From: Octopus vulgaris
Taxonomy: Eukaryota
Length of the DNA stretch: 64,000 nt
Direction of reading: 5' to 3'
NCBI GenBank assembly: GCA_951406725.2
Contig: OX597818.1
Coordinates: 85,560,001 to 85,624,000, forward strand
Every line of letters begins with the position of its first letter. Position 1 is the first letter of the stretch. The notes under the pieces were generated by a model. It worked only from the letters and a program-made list of their open reading frames with translations. It did not search any database and was not told the DNA's origin. A program made the translations under genes and the position numbers. This document shows, piece by piece, positions 1-12,669 of this stretch.

Positions 1-40
1 GTCTGATCTGGCAGTGTTTCTACAGCTGAATATATATATA

Positions 41-244
41 CAGTAATCCCTCACCATATCACGGTTCACCTATCGCACACTCAATACATCATGGATTTTT
101 GTGGCTATATATACAAATTCATATCGCTGACTCCTCAGTATATCCAGGTTTCTGTGACCGATTAGTATTTATATTTTTTTAGATTTTGATTATATTTGTG
201 GGAGGTTTGGGAACATAGCACTCACAATAGTCAAAGGATTACTG
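41..244. mobile_element. pogo/Tigger-like MITE
   Basis: Begins CAGTAATCC after TA and ends GGATTACTG (inverted terminus), ~200 bp, non-coding. CAGT termini with a TA target are typical of pogo/Tigger derivatives. Confidence 0.7.
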
Positions 245-834
245 CATATGTATTATGTATGTTTAAAAGTATGCTTTTGTGTGCATATATGTATATGTGT
301 GTGTGAACATGTATATTATAAATGAATGTGTATGGATCTTCTAACCCATGCCAGAAGGAAGACAGAGGTAAAACATGTATATGTATGTGTGAGTGTGTGT
401 CATCATTTAACATCCACTCTACAAGCCGGCATAGGTTGGACACTTTGACTGAATGTAATGAGTTAGAGTAGTAGTAGTAGTAGTAGTAGTATGGGGGACT
501 GCACTGTAACTGTGCGTCACTGCATTCACCATTTGTTGATGATTCCCTACTCATGGCAGATGACATCTTTGCAACATTCAGGCAACAACACCCCAACCCT
601 ATCATCTTTTTGGGTAGTCATTACTAGTGAGGGTTTTATAGGTCAGGGTGCAAATCTTACCTTAACCTCTTTTAGTTACCTTTCATGATGCGCAGGGTAA
701 ACATTTGGTCTATTTGTTGGCATATCAGTCCCCACACAGCACAGTTAGAGGACAGTTTCAGCATGGTTTCTGTGACTGAATGCCCTTCTTACTGCCAACC
801 ATCACACACACTCACACACACAGACATTAGGATT

Positions 835-987
835 CCATTCAGTGTCTGTCTATCAAAAATTCACTCATGAGATATTGGTTGACCAGGGGCTGTAATAAGA
901 GACATTTGCTTAAAGTGTTGTACTGTGGGACTGAACTTAAATCCACATGACTGCAAAGCAGGCTTTTTAACCACACGGCCATGCCTA
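835..987 (-). mobile_element. tRNA-derived SINE head, family H1
   Basis: Reverse complement of the recurring head ggctgtgtggt-aagaag...ggttcagtcccac...ccttgggcaagtgtctt...ggaaactgaaagaagccc. Confidence 0.75.
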
Positions 988-2165
988 CATGTGTGTCTGT
1001 GTGTGTGTGTGTGTGTGTGTAGAGGGGGAGAGAGAGAGAGAATACATCTCTATATAAATACAATATACAAAGATGTATAAACAGAATGCATACATACACA
1101 CACACACATATACATATATAAATATATATATATGTATGTATGTATATATGTATGTATATGTATGTATGTATGTATATGAATGTATATATATATGTATGTA
1201 TGTATATGTATGTATATATGTATGTATGTATATGTATGTATATATGTATGTATATATGTATGTGTGTGTGTGTATATAATGGATATATGCTTAGCTTAAT
1301 ACAAGAGAGAGATTATATGTAGATATATGACAATCCCTAGATCTTATATTTTTATTCATTGGCACATGCATATTGACACACACATAGACATACACATAGA
1401 TAGCTAGATAAATATGTACATTGGTATAAATAAAAATATATAGTAGGTGATATGGATATAAATTGATGTAAACAGATAAAGAGGATAGATAAGCAGACAT
1501 AGATAAATAGCTCCAGTAACAGAGAGAGAAGGAAGGGACAATAAAGAGTTACTTATAAAGGGAGAGAAATAGGGAGAGAAAAAGGGCTAGTGATGTTTAA
1601 TCTCTCCCATTGCTTAAATTTCCCAAGCTGCTGTATGTTTGGCATGATAAAAGCTTCAATGTTTTATTCCCTGTAGTTGTCTGTGTGTATGTTTGTGGTA
1701 GAGCTGTATTTGGCCACAGAATATTTAGCTGCTTATTTGTTTTGTGTGTGAGAGAATCTGCATGCAGGCATGCATGTGTGTGCATATGTTCTTTTATTCC
1801 ACAAAATTGCAAATGCCAAAAATCATTTGCACATACATATATACGTGTGTGTTTGTGAGTGTGTGTGCACAGACATACATTTAGATATGCATGCATGCAT
1901 GATGTGTGCATCTGCATGATTGCACAAATTGACTTGCATATTTATGTTCATTGTGCAGTATTTTATATAAGATGTACATGATAGAATCATTGGAAATATT
2001 GAATTCAGATGTCAGAATAAATCTATTATAACCATACACTTGCAATCTCAACTTTCTGTACTGAAGCCTGTTCTATGATTGTTGCTTAATAAATATATAG
2101 ACAGTATGTTCATTCTTGGTTGGTTATATATTACATTATATAGTATACTGTTTTATATAGTGTAC

Positions 2166-2735
2166 TGTGGGTGTGTAGTTAAGAAGATTGCTTCCTAACT
2201 ATGTGGGGTCTTGGGTTCAATTCTGCTGTGTGACACTTTGGACACGTGTCTTCTGTTATAGCCTACAGGCTTGACAAAACCTTGTGAGTAGATTTGGCAC
2301 TTGGAAACTGGATGAAGCCCATCACATGTGTGTGTAACAGAACAAGATAATGGAAATTTTTTTAGTATTATTTATACACTATTACATGTTAGATATGACA
2401 TTTAAGGAATTTCATATTAGAAATTCTTCAGGCAGAGAAATTATTCAATGTAATTTGTGTGTGTGTTTGTAGGTGTGTATGTGTAGGTGTGGGTTATTAA
2501 ATGTGTGCATGTCTTTGTCTTGATGTCACATGATGGATGTAAAAGAGCATCATTGTCATACAAGTGATATTGTTTATTTCCAGTCTTCTGTAAAAAAAAT
2601 ATGCCTGATCATAGTGGAAATATTACTTTACTTAAATTCAAATGAGGGTTGGTGACAGGAAGAGCATCCAGCCATAGAAAATTTGCCTCAACAAATTCCA
2701 ATGACCCTCATAAGCATAGAAAAATGAACGTTAAA
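2166..2735 (+). mobile_element. Composite SINE: head H1 + microsatellite linker + tail T2 (RTE-type 3' end)
   Basis: Head 2166-2325 with B-box-like gggttcaattc; (TG)n linker; tail 2510-2735 ending aggaagagcatccagc...aagcatagaaaaatgaacgttaaa. Confidence 0.75.
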
Positions 2736-2947
2736 TGGTGGTATTGATAATGGTGGATGTGACAAACTGGCTGAATTGATTTTCCATGCACATGTATACA
2801 TTTTCTATGAAAGTACACTTGCATATCAAACAAGAAATTTCATCAAGAAATGTCCAGCACTGTGCTCTGTCTGCAAGCAAGGCACTCTTTTTATCATTGG
2901 TCCAACTGATCTGGTAACTTGTTACTATATAGCATTTTCTGTTTGTT

Positions 2948-3173
2948 TTAATCCTTTCGTTACTGTAGTTTTGAGATGCTCTGTTTTTCTCTCAATTATT
3001 TTAAATATAACAAAGAATTTTGTAAAATAACTTAGTTATCATTAAGCTAGTGTTAGAAACATTAATTGTGACTAAGGTTTCGTGAAAGATTTTAATTCAA
3101 AACTTATAGAAACAAGACATTTGTACTACAGAGCCAGAGCTGGTTTCAGCCGGGCTGGAAACAAAAGAGTTAA
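2948..3173. mobile_element. piggyBac-like MITE, family A
   Basis: TTAA-tcctttcgttac ... gaaacaaaagag-TTAA termini. Internal sequence is similar to the partial copies at 51265-51790. Confidence 0.65.
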
Positions 3174-3381
3174 CCAACCATATCCAGCCCAAATATTCTA
3201 CCTATTTTATGTCCAAACTTGCCAAATCCAGACTCTTACAACTACCCAATAATGTCATTCTAAAAATAAACAATCACATCATTGAAATTTGAAAGCTGTG
3301 AGATAATGCCTGACAAATTCAAAAGGATATGAATAAATAAGCATTACATTTAACATAATAATCTGAATGCTAAAGGGTTAA
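3170..3381 (+). mobile_element. piggyBac-like MITE, family B (left end missing)
   Basis: Ends aatgctaaaggg-TTAA. Homologous to copies at 41398, 52110, 56651, 58719 and 60423. Confidence 0.7.
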
Positions 3382-3491
3382 ATATCAGAACAGTTGTAAT
3401 GGAATTACATCAACCGGTTATGGCAACAACTGTCCTCCTCTTCTATCTTCCAGTCTCAGAGATTCTTCAACAAATAGTTGTGGCATCAACC

Positions 3492-3719
3492 TACCCTGGG
3501 GTACTTAGTTACAGTTTGATACCCTGTGGTACTTATTTAAATCTTGGTACCCTGTGATATTCTGTGGTACTTGTTAACAAGGTACCTTACTGTACTTATT
3601 AACAGCTTGGCACTCTGTAGTACTTATTCACAACATGGTACTCTTTGGTACTTATATACTGTTTGGCACCTTGTGATATTTATTTACACCTTGGTACACT
3701 ATGGTACTTGCAGCTTGAT
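3492..3719. repeat. Degenerate 28-bp minisatellite (~8 units)
   Basis: Units such as taccctgtggtacttatttaaatcttgg, cactctgtagtacttattcacaacatgg and tactctttggtacttatatactgtttgg. Confidence 0.8.
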
Positions 3720-3943
3720 AGTCTGAACAGATTAGATCTGAGAGTTTCAGCCTCAAACTTCAAATGCCAGTCAGTAATGGTAACAGAATACAAGCTGCCA
3801 AATCCTTGGATAGTTGTTCAGTTTCTTATGGATTCTGGAGAGATGAAAATCTCCCGAAACATTAGAAACCCTGGAAAAACAGTCTCTAACAAGTTACTTG
3901 TTCCCCTATATCAGGTTCAGATTGTTTTTTTTCATATACATAC

Positions 3944-4024
<81 letters not shown>

Positions 4025-4179
4025 TATTGCTGTGTTAGCTTTTTCTGTGATAAAAATGTAAAATAAGGCCAAATCTTTTATGTATTTCTCAAACTAGGTT
4101 TAATTAATGAATTTATTTACTTATTATTTTTTTTCTTTTCAAATGCTATTGCATGCTAAATTTAATTAGCAAAGATGTT

Positions 4180-4262
4180 ATCCTGAGGTTTGGTGACAAC
4201 AAGTCTCCTCAAATCTTAAGAATCTTTCTTAGGATTCTTGTAGAATGCAGGGATGGTACTTC
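4180..4262 (-). mobile_element. 3' remnant of an R4/Dong-like non-LTR element
   Basis: Minus strand reads ...STRILRKILKI* followed by ggagacttgttgtcac, resembling the T-x-R-I-L-R-x-x-L C-terminus of REL-type LINEs. Short match only. Confidence 0.4.
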
Positions 4263-5673
4263 TCTACAGGTCGACAACATGTCTCTCAGTTCCAATACCC
4301 TTCAGCCTCTCATCATCATCATCATTATCATTATTATTATAAAGAAATTTATTACGGTTTTGCTCTCATTTTTATTTTTCATGCTATCTTATATGCATTC
4401 TAGATTCATCAAAATATGCCTAAGTATATATTTTATCTATAGAATTTTACAATGTGTGTGTATATATGTCAGAACAATTTTCACAAATTAGGAACTGCAT
4501 CACGGCATACACACTCATACACTTGTTTGCATCTACATACCATCTTAGATGTTTATTGCAATTTAAGCAAAAATTAGTTGCTTCTCATTAGCTATGTGTG
4601 TTTGCCTCTTCATGTTTGCATTGTAAGTGAACAAATGCGTCTTGTTGCATATATCATGCTACACCATATAATCAATGGTGCATATGCATATGAATGTACA
4701 TTCAACCCTCACACATACATTCATACATGCATATACACACATAGGGAATCAGTTACACGTGCATTGTGTTATACAATGCTGTCATCTGTATACATGCATA
4801 CATACAAAACCACCTGCATTTATACCTATGTTTCTAACACACACACACACACACACACACACTCTATATATATATGCACAGTATAGAGAAGAAGAAACTC
4901 CCAGAATCCACTACATTGATTTTTTTTTTCTTTCGGTGCCTTTCTAGGAACTTATTACATTGAAGTATTGATTGTAACCACGGCAACTATGACTAGCGAG
5001 CATAAGTCAGCCTATGCATTTCCAACTACAAATGATTATAGAGGCAAACTCTTTTTGCTTTTTTTTTGTTTTTTGTGTGTGTATCTGCGCTTTTTTTCTC
5101 CTAGGAAAGCATTCCTCATTCCTCAATTGCTGAGCTTATTTCTCTCAAGTCCTTCCACAAGCTTTCATAGTAAACTGATGAATTTTGCAGCAGACTAGTT
5201 CTCTTTTGTTATTTGATATTAGTCTGATAGATTTCCCAGAGACTTAGTTATTCTTGTTATTATATGCTAGCATGATAGATCTACCATGGGACCTAAGGTC
5301 CCTCGTTGTCAGATTTGGGCCTGATAAAATTTCCTACACAAACAACTAGCCTGATAGATTTGCCTCAAAGTCAATTGTCCCCTTGTTCTTAAAAAAAAAG
5401 TCCTACCATGGTATGATTTACCAAGGAATAAACCTTTCCTTTATTGAGTTTCTAGATTTATTGAATTACCTGAGATCCAAAATTGCTGGTTTGATGGATC
5501 AGCCAGCTTGCTCCTCACTCCTGCATTCCTTCATTTATTGATGCTAGATTAACCAGCAAGTTTACTTCCCCTTTCATGCTCTGTGATAGTTTACATTTTT
5601 CATAGTTATATATCCATCTAGTAGATTTCCCGGGGAATAATTCATTCTGCACTGTCTGTTGTCATATTGGTAG

Positions 5674-5705
<32 letters not shown>

Positions 5706-5798
5706 ACAGGTGCAGGCATGGCTCTGTGACAAGAAGTTTGCATCCCAATCATATGCTTTCAGGTTCAGTCTCACTGCATGGAAACTTGGACATATATG

Positions 5799-5864
<66 letters not shown>

Positions 5865-5865
5865 C

Positions 5866-6210
5866 ATAATTTACAAAATAAGGGCAAAAGAAAAATGAGT
5901 ATGAGTAAGTATTTCATATATATCTCACGCATTTATCGCTGAAGAGGGGAAAATTCTTAGGAATTAACCCCGAAATTGGGACCAATACGGTAATAACGGA
6001 TTTTTTAGAAATTTCTATCGGTTTGTTTCGAGACACGTAAATTTTAATGGTTATTGACAACTTTGTCTTTTTTTCGGCATATTTGGCATTAGAATTTTTC
6101 TTTTGCCCTTATTTTGTAAATTATTTATAAATTTAACCTTTAAAGGTATTTTTTGATATGCTGGCCCTTGATAAAATTTTTTTCTCGAAAAAATTTTTAT
6201 CCTACATTAG

Positions 6211-6215
<5 letters not shown>
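5866..6215 (+). mobile_element. Young Penelope-like/retrozyme-like non-autonomous element inserted in (TA)n
   Basis: Perfect 31-bp inverted repeat (5866-5896 vs 6094-6124), internal hammerhead motif, 3' hairpin at 6170-6201, about ten intact CpGs, (TA)n on both sides. Confidence 0.7.
5933..5993 (+). ncRNA. Type I hammerhead ribozyme
   Basis: TTATCG (stem I) - CTGAAGA - GGGG aa AATTC ttag GAATT aa CCCC (stem II) - GAAA - TTGG ga CCAA (stem III) - TA - CGGTAA (stem I'). All conserved core nucleotides are present. Predicted cleavage after A5987. Confidence 0.85.
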
Positions 6216-6262
<47 letters not shown>

Positions 6263-6494
6263 GTTTGTATGTGTGTGTCTTTATGTCCATGTTTGTACCT
6301 CACAACTGCTTGACAACTAGTATTGGTATGTTTATGTCCCCATAACTTAGAAGTTCAGCAAAAGACAACAATGCAATAAGTTCTAGGCCTTCAAAAATGT
6401 AAGTCATGGAGTTGATTTGTTCAACTGAAATTCTTCAAGGTGGTGTCCCAGCATGGCTGCAGTCTAATAAACTGAAACAAAAGATAAATGATTG

Positions 6495-6905
6495 TTTTAA
6501 TGTTTACTTTTCCATGCATGCATAGGTCAGATGGAGTTTGTTGAGGAGGATTTTCTACAGCTGAATGCACTTCCTGTCACCAATCCTCATCTGTTTCCAA
6601 GTACTATAATAATATTTCCTATGACCAGACATGTTTCCATGGAAGATTGAAAATGAAAGACACCACTTGCACTATGGTGACATTCGTTTACAGCCATCAT
6701 GCATTGTGAGGCATGGAGACAGTAATACACACACACACACACACATAGATTATTCATATATGACAGGCTTCTTTCAGTTTCTGCCTACCAAATCAATTCA
6801 CAGGGTTTCAGTCAGCATGGAGCTATAGACAGTGTCACACAATGGGACCAAACCATTGGGACCAGGTTGTGAAGCAAATTTCTTACCACCACCACACCTG
6901 CACCT
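6495..6905 (-). mobile_element. Composite SINE H1 + T2, reverse orientation
   Basis: Tail 6495-6722, (CA)n linker, head 6773-6905. Confidence 0.7.
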
Positions 6906-8190
6906 GTATGTGTATACATGTGTGTGTGCATGCATGCATATGTGTGCATTTGCTTATGTATATAGGTGTATATGTATGCATATATATGGAGGTATGAATG
7001 TATACGTATACACCTGTATATATGTTTACATACAAATATATACTTATATGCATAAGTATTTATGTGTGTGTGTGTGTGTGTGTGTACTATCACTACCCTT
7101 ACCATTGTTCTGCTGTCATTAACAGAAGTGCTAATCACATTAATCTATGATGATGATATTTGTTTGCTTAATATAGTAGAGAGCTAAAGTAGAAGTGGAA
7201 TGTTTTGTGGCAGTAATGGTTGTAGATATGGTGCCAATACTGGTAGTAATAATAATGGTAATGTAGTTGGGTCATTTATTATGATGATAGCTGTAGTGAT
7301 AATATTGATGATGATTGATTGATTGATTGATTAATTGAAGATAGTGGTTTGTACTATGTTATGGTTCCCTTGTTGTTGTTGATGATGATGATGTGTTAGT
7401 GCCAGCATAAATGAGGTGGTGATGGTGGTGGTAATAGTGATGATGTTGGTGGTAGTGGTGATGAGGATAATGATCTGATACTGGTGGCATAAATGGTTGC
7501 GGTGACAGTGGTTATAGTGATGGTGGTGTTGGTGATGATGATGTATTAGCTGCAGCACAAATGTTGTTGTTGTTGTTGGTAGTGGTGGTCGTGGTGATGG
7601 TATTGGTGGTCATGGTGATGGTGGCAGTAGTTATAGTGGTGTTGGTTTAGGTATTGGTGTTGGTAATTGTGCCTGTGGGGGTTATGTCTTAATTTAGTGT
7701 CACCTCGCCATGGGAATAGAAATAGAGACTATTACAGCAACAGCACCACTGACAACAACTATAGCAATAACAACAACAGTAGCACATGGCTGTAGGCTAG
7801 AGCCAGGCAATTATACATTCATGTAGAGATGAAGTGTTTGGTGGTGGTGGTGGTGGTATTGATAGTGGTTTTGGTGAGTTCTGAGTGAGAAAGACAGGAG
7901 AGAAGAGGTGAGGATGCAGGTGCTCCTTGAGGTATGTCATACAAACCATTCATGGTGATGGTGGTGGTGCAGTGGGAGGTTTGGGACTGAAGGTGGAGTG
8001 TCGTTGGCTGGCTGGTTGGTTGGTTGGTTGGTTGGTTGGTCGGGAGGAGAAACAGAACAAACAGGAATTATAAGGCTGCAGGCTGATGAATGGCCTCTGG
8101 TGTAGTAGATGTAGCATCTCTTTCTACCGATTTAAATACCTTTCTATCTATCTTTCTTTATTTCTGTGCATGTGTGTGTGCGTGTAAATG

Positions 8191-8248
<58 letters not shown>

Positions 8249-8301
8249 TCTAGCTCTCTCTCTCTCATACGCACATTCACACACACACACACACACATAT
8301 G

Positions 8302-8339
<38 letters not shown>

Positions 8340-8461
8340 TGTATGCATTTCTATGTGTGAGTGTGTATGTATATATGCCATGACAGACTAATAGTAATAT
8401 ATCTGTCTGTTCACACACGCACACATTTCTGTTTAGCTTTCTGTATACATATGTATATAAT

Positions 8462-8494
<33 letters not shown>

Positions 8495-8652
8495 GTTCTG
8501 AGAGAGAAGAAAAGAGAGGTGGGGGCACTTCCTTCCACTCTTTACAGTGATGCTAGTGATTTCTCAATCTACAATACCAGTGATGGTAAATTTTTACACC
8601 TGTTTCACTTTTGCAGTACTATTTCCAGCTTCTTTCTTTTTCTATATTTCTC

Positions 8653-8685
<33 letters not shown>

Positions 8686-8929
8686 TATGGTCCCTATTTT
8701 GCCTCATGATTCCTCTTACTCATCCCATCTTTCTCTCTCCTTTTCTGACCCCTACTGTTTCACCTTTATCTCTTTGAACTCTTTTTATCCAGAAATCACT
8801 GCTCTCAATCCTTATTTCTCTCTCTCTTTCTCTTTTCTTCTTTTTCCTCTGTTGCCTGCCTTCCTCTCAAAACACATGCAATACACATACACATATATTA
8901 TGCGCATGTATAAGTATTTGCTTATACAT

Positions 8930-9192
8930 CAGTGTTTCTCAACCATTTTTTATTTATGGACCACTTTGGTTCCTCTTTTACTCAGATGTATCCTCCTAGT
9001 CATTTGATGTCTAAAAAATCATGTTTTATAATTAAATATTATGAGGAATTGTAGAAAACAAATGTTAAACTATTCTGTGTATTGTAGAAGTATAACCAGT
9101 GTATTGCCCATAAATTTTTACAAAATTTGTTATGAACCCCAAAGATCATATGGTACCCCAAGGGCCTTATGGACCTCAGTTGAGAACCTCCG
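8930..9192 (+). mobile_element. hAT (Charlie-like) MITE
   Basis: Termini CAGTGTTTCTCAAC / GTTGAGAACCTCCG; imperfect 8-bp TSD ttatacat/atgtacat. Same family as 18687 and 34928. Confidence 0.75.
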
Positions 9193-11081
9193 ATGTACAT
9201 AGATGCAAAGTTAGGTATGTGTGAGTATGCACAGGCATAGCTATGTGGTTAAGAAACTTGCTGCTCCAATAAAACTCTGTCAAACCCATGCAAGTATGGG
9301 CTGGATATTGTTTATTCAGACCGATTTTCAACGGCTGGACACCCTTCTGGTTGTCAGTCCTCCCCTGCATTGAAGAAAGGTAATATTTCCCCCAAAGCCA
9401 GACATGATTTTTTCAGAACATTGGAAATGAATGACACTGTTTGTATGAGAGTGACACTCATTTACAACTATCTTGCAATATCAAGAAGACATAGACACAT
9501 GCTTGCACTCAGATGCACAATCCTCATGTGGTATATAAGCAGAGAGATAGTAATATCCACACATGTATTTGTATGTGTGACTGTCTCTCACTGTCTTGAT
9601 ACTACATGAGAATTGTAAACAGTTGTCATCATCATGCAAGTGGTGTCCATTGTTTCCAGTATTCTGTGAAAACATATCTGGTCAGGGAAAATATTACCTC
9701 ACTTGGGAACAAATGAGGGCTGGTCTCTAATAGGGTGTCCAGCCATAGGAAAATCTGATCTCAACAAATTTTATCCAAACTATGCAAGCATGGAAAAGTG
9801 GATGCTGAGATGATGATAATTACCCACACATGTGTGTGTGTGTGTATATATGCAAGTTTCAAAATTTATACAGAACACAATAAAGGAACAATTGGAAAAT
9901 TCACACATGACATTGGACATTGCTAATTCCTCATTAGTTATTGTCCGAAAAATCCTTACAATCTCATGCTTTTAATGATAATATTGTTCGCTTTTGGTTA
10001 CATCAACATGAAGAAGTTGCTGGGAATAGCAAATGAACTTTAGGGACAGGGGCAATAGGTATATGTGGTTTCTTTAAGTTTTGCTATACCAAATCCACTC
10101 ACAAGGGTATGGTCAGCCCAAGATTGTAGTAAAAGATGCTTACCCAAGATTCCACACTTGGACTAAACATAAAAGCCATTTGGTTGGGAACCAGACTTCT
10201 CAAGTATACATGCATATATACATATATAAACACACACAAATCTGTACATACATGTATCATATGTTTATTACTGGTACTGTAAGTTCATGCAAGACTTGGT
10301 TGTCTATGTAACATATAATGCAACATGTGACTCTCTCTTGTGTTTGTTGTCTAATTTTCAATGAGGGAAGTCTCATTTATGACTGGGGGACAACTTTAAT
10401 AAATAAAATCAAACTAACACATGCACACTGACACACACATACTTAAGTACACAGACGTGCACGTGTGTGTAAACATAAACAGTCATGAAATTCTGAGTAG
10501 CAATAAAAAGAAATAGATAAAAATCTAATGTATTGATAATTCACACTCATCTGAACACACAAGCGCATACACACTCACACACATATACAAGCACACACAC
10601 ACACACAAACAAGCAAGCAAACAAACAAACAAACACATACACACAAACAGTTATATAAATGCACAGACACACACAGAGTTAAGTGCTGTTTTGTAATGTT
10701 GTCTCAGTCATGAAATTTCTAGTAGTTTTCTTTCTATCTCAAAAAAAAAAAAAAAAAAGCTAGACTTGTTGATGGTATTAAATCTTCACATCATCATAAC
10801 TCTGATATATTAATGTGTCATTAACATTATCGGAGTGTCTTTGTGTTTATTAGGACATCACAAAATGTATTGAGATATAAGTAATGAATATAATCCACAC
10901 ACGTTTTGTAAACTGACATATATGTATGGGTTTGTGTGTGTTTTGGCTTGGCTGTGTGATAAGCAATTTGCCTCAGCAGTGCCTCAACATTGCTACAGTT
11001 AGGGCAGTACTGAGGCACTGTCTTGAAGGATTTAGCCAAATAAATCCAATACTTATTTTTAAGAGTCTAGTACTTATTCTG

Positions 11082-11398
11082 TGATGGCGTATGAGTTAGT
11101 GGTTAGGGTATTTGGCTCACCATCATGAGGTGAGGTCGTAAGTTCAATTCCTGGTGGCATGTTGTGTTCTTGAGCAAGACACTTTATTTCATGTTGCTCC
11201 TGTCCACTCAGCTGGCTAAAATGAGTAGTACCTGTATTTCAAAGGGACCAGCCTTGTCACATTCTGTGTCACACTGAATCTCCCTGAGAAATATGTTAAG
11301 GTTGCACATGTCTGTGGAATGCTTAGCCACTTGCATGTTAATTTCACAAGCAGGCTATTCCGTTGATCGGATCAACTGGAACCCTCATCATCATAACT
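11082..11398 (+). mobile_element. tRNA-derived SINE, head family H3, nested in a reverse T1 SINE tail
   Basis: A-box-like tagtggttag, B-box agttcaattcc, CORE-like ttgagcaagacactt. 12-bp TSD gtacttattctg at 11070-11081 and 11399-11410. Confidence 0.8.
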
Positions 11399-11714
11399 GT
11401 ACTTATTCTGACTGTCTCTTTTCATTGAAATGCTTGCTACATTACAAGGACATAAATAAACCAATGCCAATTGTTAAGTGGTGGATGGGGAAAACATACA
11501 CACATAGATATATATATATACATGCACACACATACATACATACAGTGTGGTGAGAAAAGCATGAGGGAAACAATGGCTGTGTATATTGTTACATATACTG
11601 GAATTTATATAGAGTATTCATAGAAATTTCCACAGATGTCTGTGTGTATGTATGTATATATATCTGGAATATAAAGAAAGGGAGGAGGTACAAGACTCTT
11701 TTAATTTCTTGTAA

Positions 11715-11900
11715 TCTCTTACTTGTTTCAGTCATTTGGACTACAGCCATGCTGGAGCACCGCCTTTAGTGGAACAAATCAACCCCAGGACTTATTCTTT
11801 GTAAGCCTAGTACTTATTCTATTGGTCTCTTTTGCCAAACCGCTTAGTTTCGGGGACATAAACACATCATCATCAGTTGTCAAGTGATGCTGGTACAAAC
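11715..11900 (-). mobile_element. SINE tail T1, reverse
   Basis: Well-preserved reverse copy of the T1 tail. Confidence 0.7.
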
Positions 11901-12095
11901 ATAGACACATAAATGCATACATATATATATGTATACTTTTTACTTATATTTCTTATATATATTTTATATATTTTTTAATATATTTATAGAGATATTGGTT
12001 TATAGTTTTATTGCTCATATATTTTTTCCACATAATTTTTCTGTATTCTATCTTCCACCCTGCATTTTTCCTGTGCGTATATAGACGTGTATATG

Positions 12096-12168
<73 letters not shown>

Positions 12169-12669
12169 GCATGTATACAGGAAACTTACTATGATGCAAG
12201 TAGACAGCAGGAGAAATCTTCAAAGAACTCCCATCAGCCTGTTAGTTTCTGACATTCTGAAGGAGCTGGGCCCGCCGAGGTCATAACTCATAGGTATTCT
12301 CTTGCTGTGGGACTGAACCTGAAATCATGTGATTGGGAGGCAAACTTCTTACCATTCAGTCACACCTGTGCCATATGTATATTTATGTATATATGTCTTT
12401 TCATTTGTTGTTGCAATCAGGTAAATATGATCCAGCAGAGTTATCAACCTTCAAACTTGATGGCTTTCCTTGCATTTCAACATGACACTGTACAGTCTGT
12501 AGTCTATCCTGTTTGTATGTTTTGAGGTTTTAGTATTTCAAAACTAAGGTCCAAATTTGCATTTCACTTGACAAGGTCTGTTAAAACAAAGTACCAGTCA
12601 TGTACTGGAGTTGATTTAATCCAGAATATTCTCTCCCCAAGTTTATTTCCTTAGAGCATCTTCACCATT

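Larger units (their letters stand above)
5709..6487 (+). mobile_element. Composite SINE (truncated head H1 + tail T1) interrupted in its (TA)n linker
   Basis: Head 5709-5795; tail 6276-6487 (cttgacaac...ccccataacttag...ccagcatggctgcagtc...actgaaacaa). Confidence 0.7.

Noticed and set aside
2375-2440. Minus-strand CTGAAGA...acatgta insert in a SINE linker
   Set aside because: Possibly an old PLE ribozyme, but the core spacing and helices cannot be reconstructed.
3492-3719. CRISPR-like periodicity
   Set aside because: Eukaryotic context; units are contiguous tandem repeats without unique spacers; no cas genes.
8744-8765. DPYC peptide resembling the missing PSI exon (DPYCGWC)
   Set aside because: Continues DPYCFTF within CT-rich low-complexity sequence; no GWC and no suitable splice sites.
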